Under the pieces are notes generated by a model, which searched no databases, had not been told where the DNA came from, and was given only the letters and a program-made list of their open reading frames with translations. Shown here piece after piece: positions 41,398 to 54,614 of a stretch of DNA of 64,000 nucleotides. A program made the translations under genes and the position numbers. The stretch comes from Carcharhinus amblyrhynchos (lineage: Eukaryota), in assembly GCA_965287045.1 (NCBI GenBank), contig OZ336885.1:4092001-4156000 (forward strand). The letters run 5' to 3'. Each line of letters opens with the position of its first letter. Position 1 is the first letter of the stretch.

Positions 41398-42699
41398 TGC
41401 CCAACATTTCCAGATTACAGGCAAGGTTTTCCCATCCCATGGGCTGTGGAAATTGTACAGGTGGCACAAAAAGATCAGCAGGTCATTTTAAAGTCCGTTG
41501 ACCTCAGGAAGGAATTTCCTGTCTTGGGACACATGCCAGAAAATCCTGCCCTGCATTTATATAGCACCTATTGCAATCTCAGGCCATTTCAAACACCAGT
41601 TATGTAGTTTTGAAGGTTAGTGATTGTTGTAAAGTAAGATACATGGTTAAGAGTCTTACTAACCTAACAGGGACAACAAAAAGACCCTTTTCCTATCCTC
41701 AAGAAGTTGATAATTTTATTAAAGAATGAAGTTATAACTAAACAGGAGATACGCAGTCTACATCTAAAAAAACTAGGAAATATGCAGTCAAGGAAGCTCA
41801 ACTCAACTGAGCAAAGAATCAAATTAATACTTCTAATGTTGATGATGAATTGATTATCTGGTTATCTTTTCTGAAGTTTGCAAGCAAGAGAGGCAATTAT
41901 CCAGAAGAGACTAGAAAAGAGACAAGGAAAACTTCACTCAGGAATAAAAAGAAATTTATGCAGCTGAAGCTGTCAAAAGACCTCAGTTCATTTAGAGAAA
42001 GCTAACAATTGTTATGACAAGTTAATCCAATAGCTTGAATTCTTGAAGTGCAAGAAATAGAGAGTAACGGTTAAATAAAACAAAAAAATGACACACATGA
42101 ACCTAGAATGAAAGGTAACTGCAGAGTACTGAAGAAAGGAATAAATTGGATGTCATGGGCAACACATTGTAGAAAGAGAGTGGGCCACCACAGAGCAGCA
42201 TTACAAGTGCAATGATTTGCTGAGTACAGAGGTCAAAACCCTTTAATTAATATTATCTAGCTAATTAAAGACTATATAATTCTTCTGAATCATGCTGAAA
42301 CATAAAACTAGCTGCAGTTAGTGTAATCCTCTAAACTGACAGCCGCATGAGGAAAGTTATGTGGAAATAAATTTGGCTAAGGCTGTTCTATTGTAATACT
42401 GAGTAGAAATGTCAGATTGGATTGAACTCGGTTAATGCTACCCTCAGATATTATATTATTCGATGGTCACTCTGATTATCATGATGGGTGTGTGTGTAGT
42501 GATTTATGAAAATGAAGTGGTGAAAAAGATGCAGATTTTAAGGAATGTTTGAAGATATGCCTTTATACACAGTGGCCTGCTGTGTGCTGTGGCCTGGCAT
42601 AGTCATATGACTGAGTTATATGATGGCTGATGTCACTCCTTTGAGTAAAGGATTGAGGCAGACCCCATTTTACCCACTATATGAAGTTGAGTGGGTTTT

Positions 42700-44560
42700 G
42701 ATCACTGGATAAATAGAGCAAACCACTGTGAAAAACAACAGAGAATATTAAAACTTTCTGCAGGACATGGAGATCTACTTTGAACGCTCTATGAATGTGA
42801 TTTATGAAGTTTTATGTGTTCAATATCAGAGCTCAGGAAGATTGATCCGTATGTGACTGAATCTGGAGTGCACAACTGAAAGATGAGGTGATTAGAGATA
42901 AGGTTGGCTTAACAACAAGAAAACTCACCATGACAGCATGTCTGCTGAAAAATGAGAAACCTACTTTCAAGAAAGCCATTGACAAGCGCAGAAGTTCATG
43001 GGTGGCATGGTAGCACAATGATTAGAACTGCTGCCTTACAGCGTCAGGGACCTGGGTTCGAATCCTGGCTTGGGTCACTGTCTGTGTGGAGTTTGCACAT
43101 TCTCCCAGTGTCTGCATGGGTTTCCTCTGGGTGCTCTGGTTTCCTCCCACGTTCTAAAAGACTTGCTGGTTAGGTGCATTGATCCAAACAAGTGCCAGAG
43201 TGGGGCGACTAGGCGAATTTCATGGTAACTTCATTGTAGTGTTACTGTAAGCCTTACTTGTGACTAATAAATAAACTTCTTAAGTTTTGAAGTGATTAAT
43301 CCTCAGCTGAAGAGTATTGATAGGAGAACTGACAAGGCTTTGTGGTCTACAGAGAAGCAGTTAATATTTCATAAGCACAGACAATGGAGAAAGGGAAGAA
43401 CTATTTTAAAAAGGCCAGCAGAAAGATCAAGGCAAGAGTACTGGTTGTAAGTATTGCAGAGGCCACCAAACCAAAGACAAGGAAGCACACCTAGCCTAGG
43501 AAAAGCAATGTTCTAACAGAAAGCAGCTGAATCACTTTGTGAAAAGAAAGCTTATAAAATGGTTGAGGGAGAGCTGTTGGACAATGATTATGACAAAGCA
43601 CCTTACACCCTAGGACAGGTTGGCATGTCAAGTCTCAAGGTAAAATGGTCTAAGACTATTGGAATGATGACTGCAGAAGGAGAGGATCAAGTTAATGTGA
43701 AGTGTCAGGTAGACACTGGTGTTACGAGCAGCGTCATGAGCTTTCAGATCTGTGTGAAGTTGCTCAAGGTATTGATTGGAAAATTAAGCCATTGAAGGTA
43801 AAGTTGAGGTTATGTGATGGAATGAAGGTCACTCCAAGAAGATAAACTAAGCCTAACGCAGTGGGAACAATGAAAATCTATAGCTTTGGATAGTAAACGC
43901 TTAGCACGATCCCCTCATCTCAGCTGAAACAAATTAAAAGCTTGGTCTGGTAAGTTTGCAGCAACCAAGAGATGTGAAAACAGTGCAACAATTTGTGGGA
44001 TTTGTGAACTACCTAGCAATGTTCACTCCATTTTATCATTGGAATATGAACCTCTGTGCAATTTCAATGCAAATAATGTTTAGTGACATTGAGGCAGCAT
44101 TCACTCAGTGACAACAATGCCAATGCTGAGGTACTATGATGGCAATAAGTGACTGCAGTGGGATGTCAGTGGACAGGACTTGAGCGGACCTCATGCAGCA
44201 AGAACAACCAGTTACATTTGCATCCAGAATGTTAGTGCAAATTGTGTGCACAGATTGAGAGAGTATCTGGATATTGTCTTTGCTTCTGAGTATTTTAATC
44301 AGTATCTGTTTTAGAAATGGAAAGTGACAGTAGGAACTGACCACAAGCTAATTCGAAGAATCATTTTCAAACCACTTCTATCTGCTCCGAAAGGCCTGCA
44401 AAGGATGTTAATTAATTTGCAGAGATACCATTTGGAAGTGAAGTTACAAGCACAGTGAGCTGATGTACATCGCCAACTTGACATCAAGAACAGCAGTCCC
44501 TTTGAATTAAGTTGATGCTTCTGGTACAGAGTATGAAATTTTCCAGATTCAGCAAGAAAC
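42700..44560 (+). mobile_element. Heavily decayed Mag-type Gypsy internal region, interrupted by a SINE
   Basis: gag LKDEVIRDK and CKYC knuckle remnant, protease VKCQVDTG, RNase H QPVTFASR...TDHK...APKGLQRMLINLQRY. Confidence 0.7.
43000..43280 (+). mobile_element. HE1/V-SINE-like SINE
   Basis: B box ggttcgaatcc; tail gactaataaataaac. Confidence 0.85.
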
Positions 44561-46289
44561 AATCACAAAATATATTCAAAGTTATCAACCCAGCAGGGTC
44601 ATTGGGTGGAATCATCCTTTCTTGGCGGCTGTCCTGCCCGTTGCCTGAAAAAGCAGTAAGACACCCCCATTGATGCTGAGGACAAATGGCCACCATGTCC
44701 TCTGCCCATCAGACAGTTCAGTAGACAGCAGTGGGCCTTCCTCCAGACTGAGGACACTGGAAGACCACCTGTCAAGAGCTGCCAGCCAATCAGAGGCCAG
44801 TAGCTCTTGCACCCAGAAGTGCCACACTCTCAACTATATTTTCAAGTTTTGTGCCATCTGTAATCTTTGAAGCTATGCCCAATTTTCGCAAGTCTGGGTC
44901 ATGAATATAATTCAAAAAGAGCTCTGATCTCATCATAGGCCTCTCCAGGTCCCTACACTGCACATGCCTCTCCAAACTGAAAAATAATCATTCACTTTCA
45001 CTCTCAGCTTTTTGCCCAATAAAACGGAGGTCTTGGTGGGCCATAAGCTAAAGTACAGGGCTTGCTGCATATCTGGGTGTAAGCAAGAATTTCAGATGAA
45101 TTCAGGTTTCAGGATGGTGAAATATGAAGTCAGTAGGTTTCGGTTTATTCCGGAGGTTACAAGAGGATGGATGAGGGATTCAATGGCAGTAAAACTGAGG
45201 CAGGAGTGGAGATGGCCGATGCTCTGTAGATGTTTTTTCAATATGAAGAGGATATAGGATCTGAGCTGAGATTAAGCTCAGGGTCAAATGCTGAGATTGG
45301 AAACCATCTGGTTCAAACTGAAATTGATGAAAATGTAATCAGTGCTGCCAGAAAAAAATGTGTAATTGGGTGATGATAGCTTTGGCCTTCCCAGTGTTTC
45401 CTTGAAGGAAATTGGATTTTATCTGGATGTCAGACAGACCTTACAATTAACTCTTTTGAATTTAAGTCATCATACCATTTTGTATTTCAAATGCCACTTG
45501 GTTCTGTTAAATGGTTATAAATCAACTACTGCTGAGATGCTGTGAAACTTAAGATACTGTTAAAAGTCGCGATGTTTCAGATTATGATGATGGTTCTTAA
45601 GAACTAATTTACATTTATTATAATTACCATTCTGTAATGTTATGTTAACATTGGCTACATATTCCTATAGAATTGCTTTGAAGGTGCAGCAGAACCAATT
45701 GGATCCAACACAGCAATGCACTATTTACATGATAGACTAGCCTCTTCCCACTCAAATTCCTTCCCTATCCTTACCCCCAAATCCCTCTTTCCTTTTCCCT
45801 ACCTGAGGCATTAAGTATGTGCTTAAATACATCAATGTCATCAGCTTTAACCACTCTACGTCACAGCGAATATCACATTTTTCACCAATCTCTCTGTAAA
45901 GAAATTCGTCCTAAATTCTTCATCTGATCAGTTATTGGAAATCTTATATTTGTCCCTTAGTCATTACAAATGACTAAATTAGACACACATGCTCATTTGC
46001 CTGAAATAGTAATGATTAGTATCAAAATTAACTATGAGTGGGTTCCTCTGTAAGTCAGATCATTAAAGTTCCAGTTAGGTCTAAAAGAGTCTCTCTCCAC
46101 CTTGGACTGTGATATTCAATTAAGATATTGGGATCACTCCACTTGGTGTTATACCATGTTCCTGAGGCAATTGGTTCAACTTTTACAATTGACAATGTCA
46201 GTTGAACTGTGTTAGACCATAAGACATAGGAGCAGATTTAGGCCACTTGACCCATCGAGCATGCTCCGCCATTCAATCGTGGCTGATTT

Positions 46290-46957
46290 TGGAAGCATAG
46301 TGGAGAACGCGCTCCTGTCTATATCAATGGGGATGAAGTAGAAAGGGTCAAGGGTTTCAGGTTTTTAGGTATCCAGATCACCAACAATCTGTCCTCATCC
46401 CCCCATGCCGACACAATAGTTAAAAAAGCCCAGCAATGCCTCTATTTTCTCAGAAGACTATGGAAATTTGGCATGTCAGCTAAACTCTCACCAACTTTTA
46501 CAGATGCACCATGGAAAGCATTCTTTCTGGTTGTATCACAGCTTGGTATGGCTCCTGCTCTGCCCAAGACCACAAGAAACTATAAAAGGTTGCGAATGTA
46601 GCCTAATCCATCACACAAACCAGCGTCTCATCTTTGACTCTGTCCACACTTCCTGCTGCATCGGAAAAGCAGCCAGCATAATTAAGGATCCCACGCACCC
46701 CAGACATTCTCTCTTCCACCTTCTTCCATCGGGAAAAGGATACAAAAATCCGAGGTCATGTACCAACCAATTCAAACAACTGCTGCTGTCAGACTTTTGA
46801 ATGGACTTACCTTGTACTAAGATGTAGGGAAAGATCAACTAAGTGCAACAACATTTTCCACTCTCTCCTTTCTTTCTCCATGAACAGCATGCTTTGTCTA
46901 TATAGCGTGCAAGAAGAAATACTTTTCACTGTATGCTGTATAATAAATCAAATCAAA
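46290..46957 (+). mobile_element. Rex1/Babar LINE 3' fragment
   Basis: INGDEVERV..F.FLG, KKAQQCLYFLRRL and DPTHPRHSLF; (aatcaa) tail. Confidence 0.8.
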
Positions 46958-47610
46958 GCTAATGTTATTGAGGGACAAGTCAAAACTGAGGGGTAAAACT
47001 TGACTTAATCTTTTACAGTCATAGGTGTCATCTGATGAATGTTTAACAAAAGAATAAAAGTTATTAAACAAGAAAAGATGAGCTTTTGTAACTTCTCTTT
47101 CACACCAACAATACCTTCATAGGTGTATGCAGATTCATAAGAACCAAACAAGTGACAATATCTATTTTATACATTAATATTTGCATTAAGTATTTGGTCC
47201 ATATAAACCAACAGGCAAAATAAAACCAGACACACCACAGTCTGAAACGAAATGGCAAATGCCACCCAAAACAACATCTGTGGATAACTCAGCAATTTCC
47301 TCCAGACACTTGTCACACTGTGAACCAACTGGTCTCATTGGAACTGTCTTCCACACAAGGGTTTCCAATCTCTGATTTCAAAGAACACATCTTGGAATCT
47401 TCTCCCAAATGACGCTTTCTCTTGAATGTCTTCACCAACGATCCACCTCCAAGGTATCAGCTTCTTTCTCTGATGTTCCTCTCCCCTGGATCACCACATG
47501 CTTTAATGCTCTGCATTCCACACATTCTCTCATATTTTGCCACACCAACAGAATGCCACTGCTTCAAAGGCCTGCAGTAAGGAGGAACTGATCTTCTGGC
47601 TTTTTGCAAG

Positions 47611-48331
47611 TGTTAGGGTACAAGATCAGAAACCCCAAGAAATATTATGAGGCTAATAATTACCTGCTATTTTGGCATTAATGTCAGAATAAGGTGTTTC
47701 CCTCCAGGTGTGATTCTACTACCATACTAGGAAGCGTTTATCAAAACAAATTTTATTTAACAATACAGTTTAAATAACTAGCTTAACATTTACCAATTGA
47801 ATAATACTTAAACATGACAAGACACAGTTCTATATTACTATCCTATTGCGATGAGTTCCAATTCAAGCAATAATCCTATTATAAACTTAAAACCTCTCTT
47901 CAAAATCAGTTGGCAAACATCACAGATTTACATGCTTGTACTTGTTAACAGTCCGATGGCTTTCTTTTATGCCTTTGGAGAGACAGAGGGAGACATCTGT
48001 CTTCTTACAGCCCTAAACAGCAGGCCCCAGAGAGAGACTGTGTGTTTTCCTTGCAAGGTTGGCTATGCTCATTCACATGACTCTGCCTCTGTCAATCAAC
48101 CTAATCAAAACCCTACTCTGAAATCCCAGGGGAAAACACAAATGAATAAAAATGCATTAACTCAGGTTAAAGCAAACACCTCACTAAAATCAATAATCTG
48201 CCTTGCATTCTCAGCATGTGAGCTATCTGGTGCCCAGACAAATTGGCACCATAAAACAGACCTGAATTATAAACATACTCCTTACAAGAAACATGATATA
48301 AATACATTCTTAAAGGCACAGTACCATCACA
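47611..48331 (-). mobile_element. Solo LTR (721 bp) with 4-bp TSD CAAG
   Basis: TG...CA ends, CAAG at 47607-47610 and 48332-48335, minus-strand AATAAA, and homology to 62169-62936. Confidence 0.85.
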
Positions 48332-49323
48332 CAAGTCAGCTTTACAGCTCTTCTTGCAGCTCTTTCTCTTTAATTTGGATACTCTTTCTCCACTTTGTTT
48401 TTTAACTTCTCTGAACAGAACCTGTTTTTGATCGCTGTCCTTGTTCCCCAACTTTACTGTCTTCCTGGAACTTTCTTTTGCCCCATTGCCTGGTCCCTAT
48501 TACATTTTTTCTTTATTTTGGGACTTGCTTTCAGTTCCTTTGCATTCTCCTATCTGTTCCAGTAGTTTCTGTGGAACGTTGCTTCCAACTGAACTAAAAC
48601 TGCTTTTGCTGGCTTTGTGGGCTCCTTGTTGATAGCCATTTGCACAGATTTTCCTACTTTAAAAGTCATAAAACCTCATTAAAATGTAGGCATATTTTAA
48701 AGTGAAACAAAAACTCAAGTCTCTTTAGCACGCAACTGCAGAAATATAAATTAAGCTTTCACCTAAAGCTACAACTTAAACATAAAGCTATAACTGATAC
48801 CCAACACACACAAATATACATGTAAATTGCTTAAAACAATATCTATTTCCTAACACCATCACATAAGTACCGACAGGTCAGTTTGAGTCCACAAAAACAC
48901 ACTGATCAGGCAGCTTAAAGAAAAAGCTGTTGCCACTGCTGAACTATGATCAGTAACTTTGGAAATTCATTCTCCTTTATATACACTGAAAATGAATTAA
49001 AATGATTCACAACAATTAGGGCCGATCACTACACAACGCGTTACATTTCATAAGCAACAATATGTTGAGATTTTTCTTGTTGCTTTTCTCACACTTCATG
49101 AATATAAAAGGAATGGGTAATGAGGCTCAAACCAATCAAACAATCTCAGACGATGTGATGAAGCAACAAAGTGAAGCATTATGTGTTTTCTGGGTATAAT
49201 CTGGACAGGTTAAAGACATCTGCTCATTCATTCTCAGTGATTGTATAATTTTCATAACGTTAATGATGATTTTGGTAATACTTAAAGGCAGTGCTGTTGT
49301 TGAAGGCAAACTGGCAACCTGAG

Positions 49324-49630
49324 GAGAGCAGCACGGTGGTGCAGTGGTTAGCATTGCTGCCTCAGTGCCAGGGAGCTGGGTTCGATTCCCAGCTTGGGTG
49401 ACTTTCTGTGTGGAGTTTGCACATTCTCTGTGTGTCTGCGTGGGTTTCCTCCAGGTGTTCTGATTTCCTCCCACAGTACAAAGATGTGCAGGTTAGGTGG
49501 ATTAGCTATGCCAGATTCTCCCTCAGTGTACCCGAACAGGTACCAGAGTGTGGTGACTAGGGGATTTTCACAGTAACTTCATTGCAGTGTTAATGTAAGC
49601 CTATTTATGAGTAATAGATAAACTTTGCTT
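49324..49630 (+). mobile_element. HE1/V-SINE-like SINE
   Basis: A box ggtgcagtggttagc and B box ggttcgattcc. Confidence 0.88.
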
Positions 49631-50429
49631 TTTTTTACTTTAATAACAGCAGGGAACTGCTCAATTGTTTTACATTCAGATTTAAATGATACAAAATATT
49701 GTCCATTACATATAAGAAAAAGAAAATCTCAAAGTTCTTCACAGCCAATTAAATACTTCTGAAGTGCATTGTTGTACAGTATGTAGAGATATGTTTATTG
49801 CTTACCTCAAAAGCTGAATCTTTGTCTGACCGTGACCCTGAAGAATAGGAAGCACCTGGCAGTATCAGAGCAAGTGTCACCTTGTTAACCTTGAAGAGTA
49901 ATTTAGGACCCTCCTATAAGCTTCACAGACCAAATTAAAAGAAAGCTACACAAAAGCCACCTGCAGTACCTAACCCAAGCTGGCCAACCAGAGTCTACAC
50001 GTCTGCTGAGCCAAAGGGCCTTTTTCTATTCTTAATGGCTGGGACATGTAAGCATTTCAGGGACCTCGACCAGGGATACATGTCCTTTGTCAAAAGCAGT
50101 GGCAGCTTCTAACTTCTATTTTTTCTGTGGTCTCTGCACTATAAATCTTTATTTTCTCCATCCCTTTTTTATTGTATGACTGACTGTAAAGGAGAAAACA
50201 TTGAATGTATGCAAATAAATTAGCCCTTTAACTTCATCCTATCTTGGATTTACTGTGGAGTTATAATAGAAAACTGGGTTACATCAAACAGGATTGGGAA
50301 ACACGCTATTGTTTATAAAGGGGGAAACAACATCTTACATCAACATCATGTTTATAGAAGGGTGATCAGAGGAGAAATTAGTAAAGATTAAGTTAATACC
50401 CCTCTACTTTCAAGTGCATTTTATGGAAT

Positions 50430-51075
50430 TTGGGTGCAAGTGGCTAGATCAGCATTTATTGCCCATCCCTAATTGTTCTTAAGAAGATGATGGTGAACTC
50501 CCTTCTTGAACTGCTGTGGTCCATGTAGTGTAGGTACACGCATAGTGCTATTAGGAAGGGAGTTCCTGGATTCTTTTATTCATTCATGGGACATGGGCAT
50601 CGCTGGCTGGCCAGCATTTATTGTTCATTTCTAGTTGCCCGAGGGCAGTTGAGAGTCAACCACATTGCTGTGGATCTGGAGTCACATTTAGACCAGACCA
50701 GGTAAGGATGGCAGATTTCCTTCCCTAAAAGGACATTAGTGAACCAGATGGGTTTTTTGACAATCAATAATGGTTTCACGGTCATCAGTAGATTCTTAAT
50801 TCCAGATATTGGCTCAGTGACAATGAAAGAATGGTGATATCATTCCTCATCAGGATGGTATGTGACTTATATGTGGCCATGTTTCCATATTCTTCTAAGT
50901 AGTAGAGGTCACAGGTTTGGAAAGTTCTGTTGAAGAAGCGGTGGTGAGGTGCTGCAATGCATCTTGTAGATGGTACACAGTGCTGCAACTGTGCCCTGGT
51001 GGCAGAGGGAGTGAATGTTGGTGGAAGGGGTGGTCTTGCATAGTTTGACATTCTTGAGTGTTGTGGAGATGGTGA
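50430..51075 (-). mobile_element. LINE 3' fragment with a nested short element (~50575-50810)
   Basis: TVAALCTIYKMHCS..P.LLQQ motif. The nested block matches 53195-53460. Confidence 0.7.
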
Positions 51076-51779
51076 AATAAGAATTTATTGTATTGGAAGG
51101 AAATTTGACAGCCAATTTGTCGACAGCAAAGTCCAACAAATAGTAAAGAGACAAGCAATCAGATAATCTGTTTTTAGTTACATTGATGATGGGATACATG
51201 TTGGTCAAACTTTTGTTGCAACCCCTCTAGTTAAAGACATTGAAATGTGTACAGTATCCCAAGATTGAGCCTCACCACAGCCCTTTATTCTTATAGTCCA
51301 CCCTGAAGCAGGAAAGGTCAACATAGTTTTCCTAATTGCTTGTTGTATTTGCAAGTTAACTTTCTATGATTTATGTATAAGAACACTCAAATTCCTGTGC
51401 ATACTAATATTTACTAATCTCTCACCTGGTAAAAATATTCTGCTCTTCTATTTTTCTGTGAGAGCTGTGAGAAGACACACAGGGTAAGAATAATAGATTA
51501 TTGGATTCTCACAGAAGGTGTTCATTCGGCTCATTGCATTGTGTAGGTTGTTTGAAAGATGTATTTAATTAGTCTCGCTCCCTCTACTCATTTTCATAGT
51601 CCTGCATTTTTTTCCCTTCCAGAGACACTACCCTCCCAGTTTCTCCACATAACTGAAAACCCTCATCAGAACTTGGGAAACACTGGCGTTTTTGGGCTTC
51701 CATGGTGAGGCATTTAATGATTAGAGGAGGGGCTAGAGCTGTCTGGCACAGATCAGGAAATGACTGTAACGTATGGTGC

Positions 51780-52250
51780 TGATAGGATCTGAAGTCACCG
51801 AGGCCGCCCCTGAGCATTGGAGTTGAAGTTTGAGGACAGCTCGGTGGCTTGGAGGAGTTCCACTTGATACAACCTGATTCCAGCTTTCTGGACTCCCGCG
51901 AGGGGCAGAGAGCAGGATCTTTCTGACTGACTGTCTGTCTCTCTCTCTTTGATTGCCCGGGTTTCCCAGTCGGTGAGCTGGCGGAGACACGGCAGTCGCC
52001 CTCCCCACATCCAGCGCTCTCACCACGGCTCACAGAGGCAGGCGCTTCTGAGATGCAGCTAATGGTCACCAAACTGAAGGAATTCTCTTCCAAAGCCAAC
52101 AGGTTCGCGGACGGGAGAGGCAGGAGCAGCCAGGCCAGGCTCTGTACGGGGCAGAGCTCTCATGGCATCGACTGGAAGCCGCAAGGCAAGAGGCAGACGA
52201 TAGATATGGAGAGAGCACTGGAGTGGCTCAAATGGGAACTGGTGAGAAAT
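51780..52250 (+). promoter_or_regulatory. CpG-rich 5' region of the C20orf202-like gene
   Basis: CpG cluster with a GC-box-like ggccgcccc. A candidate acceptor ctgac...ctctctcttt...cccAG lies at 51968-51969. Confidence 0.4.
52053..52241 (+). CDS. C20orf202: AARD/C20orf202 (FAM167-related coiled-coil) family gene, coding exon 1
   Basis: ATG at 52053 encodes MQLMVTKLKEF...DMERALEWLKWEL and ends at a phase-0 donor CTG|GTGAGA (52241/52242). The context is CpG-rich. The true start may lie further upstream, since the frame is open back to ~51927. Confidence 0.8.
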
Positions 52251-52357
52251 GGGTTTGAAACAGTGATAGTCTGACCCCCAGGGAAATGCGGAAGAAATAA
52301 AAAAGAGAAAGTTATGGAATAAAATTGAGCAGATATGTCATTGTCTATGGCGAGAGA

Positions 52358-52570
52358 TGATGTGGAGATGCCGGCGTTGGACATCGGTAAACACAGTAAG
52401 AAGTCTCACAACACCAGGTTGAAGTCCAACAAGTTTATTTGATAGTAAACCCACTAGCTTTCGGAGTTTGCCCCTTCGTCAGGTGAGACTCGCCCCGAAA
52501 CCCCGAAAGCTAGTGGGTTTATTATCAAATAAACTTGTTGGACTATAACCTAGTGTTGTGAGACTTCTTA
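52358..52570. mobile_element. Penelope-derived foldback (inverted-repeat) non-autonomous element with ~12-13-bp TSD
   Basis: Left arm matches the Penelope terminus at 37704-37830 and the right arm is its inverted copy. TSD ctatggcgagag (52345-52356) / ctatggagagag (52571-52582). Confidence 0.85.
52452..52485 (-). ncRNA. Minimal type I hammerhead ribozyme motif
   Basis: Minus strand cac-CUGACGA-a-GGGG caaa CUCC-GAAA-gcUA-gug, with all core nucleotides present. Confidence 0.75.
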
Positions 52571-54614
52571 CTATGGAGAGAGAAACAGTGTTAATATTCT
52601 AGGCTCAATATGACTGTTCAGAACTGAGGGAAGATATTTGCGTTAATTGGGGAATCAGGATTAATCAAAATAATCCGGGTTTGGAAATTCAGGAATTAGT
52701 TTGTGAGGCAGTGGGAAGGAATAACGAGGGAACTGTAGCGAAATTGGGAATAACTGAATTAATCCCAGATAGGCAGTCACAGAAAGGAATGGGAATACAG
52801 TGGGGCGAGACATTAGGAAAACCTGCAGAGAGTGTGGAAAGAGTTGAGGATTATCAGAGATAGATTGGGTCAGAGGTGAGGATTAACTAGGGAATGTCTG
52901 GGCCAGATATGAAGGAAGGATTCTGGATTATTGAAATGGATCAGTGAGGGAGAGGGAGAAAGAGATGGATATTGAACATGGGTAATCTCAGTGAGGAAAA
53001 CTGAAAAAAGAATCAAGCGTTCTAAATCAGAGATTGGGGAAAAGAGAGCGGGATTAACCAGGGATACTCTGGGTCAGAAATATGGAAAATAGATTTGGAT
53101 AATAGGGATTAGGATTAATTGGAGCAACAGAAATAGACTGGAACAGGAAGTGGGAAAATAAATAAACCAGCCTGGGGCAGAGAGCGGGCAAAGAATTTTT
53201 AAAAATTAATTTGTGGGACATGGGCATCGCTGGCTAGCCAACATTAATTGCCCATCCCTTGTTGCTCTTGTTCGGATATCTTGAGAATCAACTCACATTG
53301 CTGTAGCTCTGGAGTCACATGCAGGCCAGGCCAGGTAAAGAACATAGAACACCACAGCACAAACAGGCCCTTCTCTAAAGGATATTAGTGAACCAGATGG
53401 GTTTTTCATGGTTTCATGGTCATCAGTACATTCTTAATTCCAGATATTTTTATTGAATTCAAATTCCACTATTTGCCATGGCAGAATTCAAACCCGGGTT
53501 CGCAGAACATTAGCTGAGTTTCAGGAGTGAGAGTCTAGCGATAATACCACTAAATCATCAACACCCTTTGGAATAATGGGATAGCCTGGACTGGAGAAAA
53601 GAAATGGGATAATGGAGCAGAGAATGGAGAAAAGATGGAATATTTTGGGGCAGATTGGGAAAAAGAGATGGAATAGTCTGGAGCAGAGAGAGTAGGATAA
53701 GAAAGAATTTGTTAGGAATAATTCAACTCAGTCAAAATGGTAATGGTAATAGTCCAGTAAATTAATTTAACTACACCCTTGTATTAATGTCTTGAAGTAT
53801 GAAGAATGAAGGAAAGGCTGTGACATAACCCTGGTGCAGAGGGAGTGAGCCTCTCTATTTTATTCCAAAATTACAGTATATAAAAACTCTCATGAAAATT
53901 ATGATAAACATGCAAAAGAAGAATGCGTATCTGTTGCCTGTGGTTTTATATTTTAGTCAAAGTTACACTCTTATTGGATGGGAAACAGCTGTCCTGTAGT
54001 TCTAGTATTGGATTAGTTATTAGAGGCTGAATTCCCACAGTAACATTTTGTTAAATTCAACAAACCTGTTTAAAACAGACGATGTTAAAAACTGCTGTTT
54101 TATTAAAATCCAAACTGCTTTACTCATATCTGTTGGGGAGGGAAAGGGAACTTCCCACCCTTTGTCTATTAAGTTGTCTATTAAGTGACAGATTCAATTT
54201 TAACTCACGGATGGGAATTTTAGTGAAATACTGGCCTGTTGAGGAGAGATAACGAGGAAGCCTGGCTTGGGACCCATTATCACCCTGCTAATGATCCAAG
54301 CAGCTAGCAAGTCATTGGGAACTGAATGCCCAGTCTTTAAAATAGGGCATTGCTGGCAAAGCAAGGATGTGCTCTCCAGTCCAAGATAAGGTAAGGTAAT
54401 AAGAAAAGCCTGGGTTAAGGGAAGCCTAAGGTTTCCTAGTGGGGCCCAGTGGAGCACTTTTATTCTCCCTGGTTCACAAAGAAACCAGAAAATTTATTTT
54501 GTCTTTTCTGGTCCTGGCAGCTGTTTCTCTTGGTTTAGTTTGGTTTGGTTTGAGATTTCACAATTGTTCCCCCACTTAGGCCTTAGATAGAATAACATGT
54601 TAAAAAAGCAAATC

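Noticed and set aside
47851-48405. 184-aa plus ORF
   Set aside because: Lies mostly inside a solo LTR and crosses its boundary.
51584-52099. 171-aa minus ORF overlapping exon 1 of the C20orf202-like gene
   Set aside because: Antisense shadow in a GC-rich region with a TTG start and no recognisable motif.
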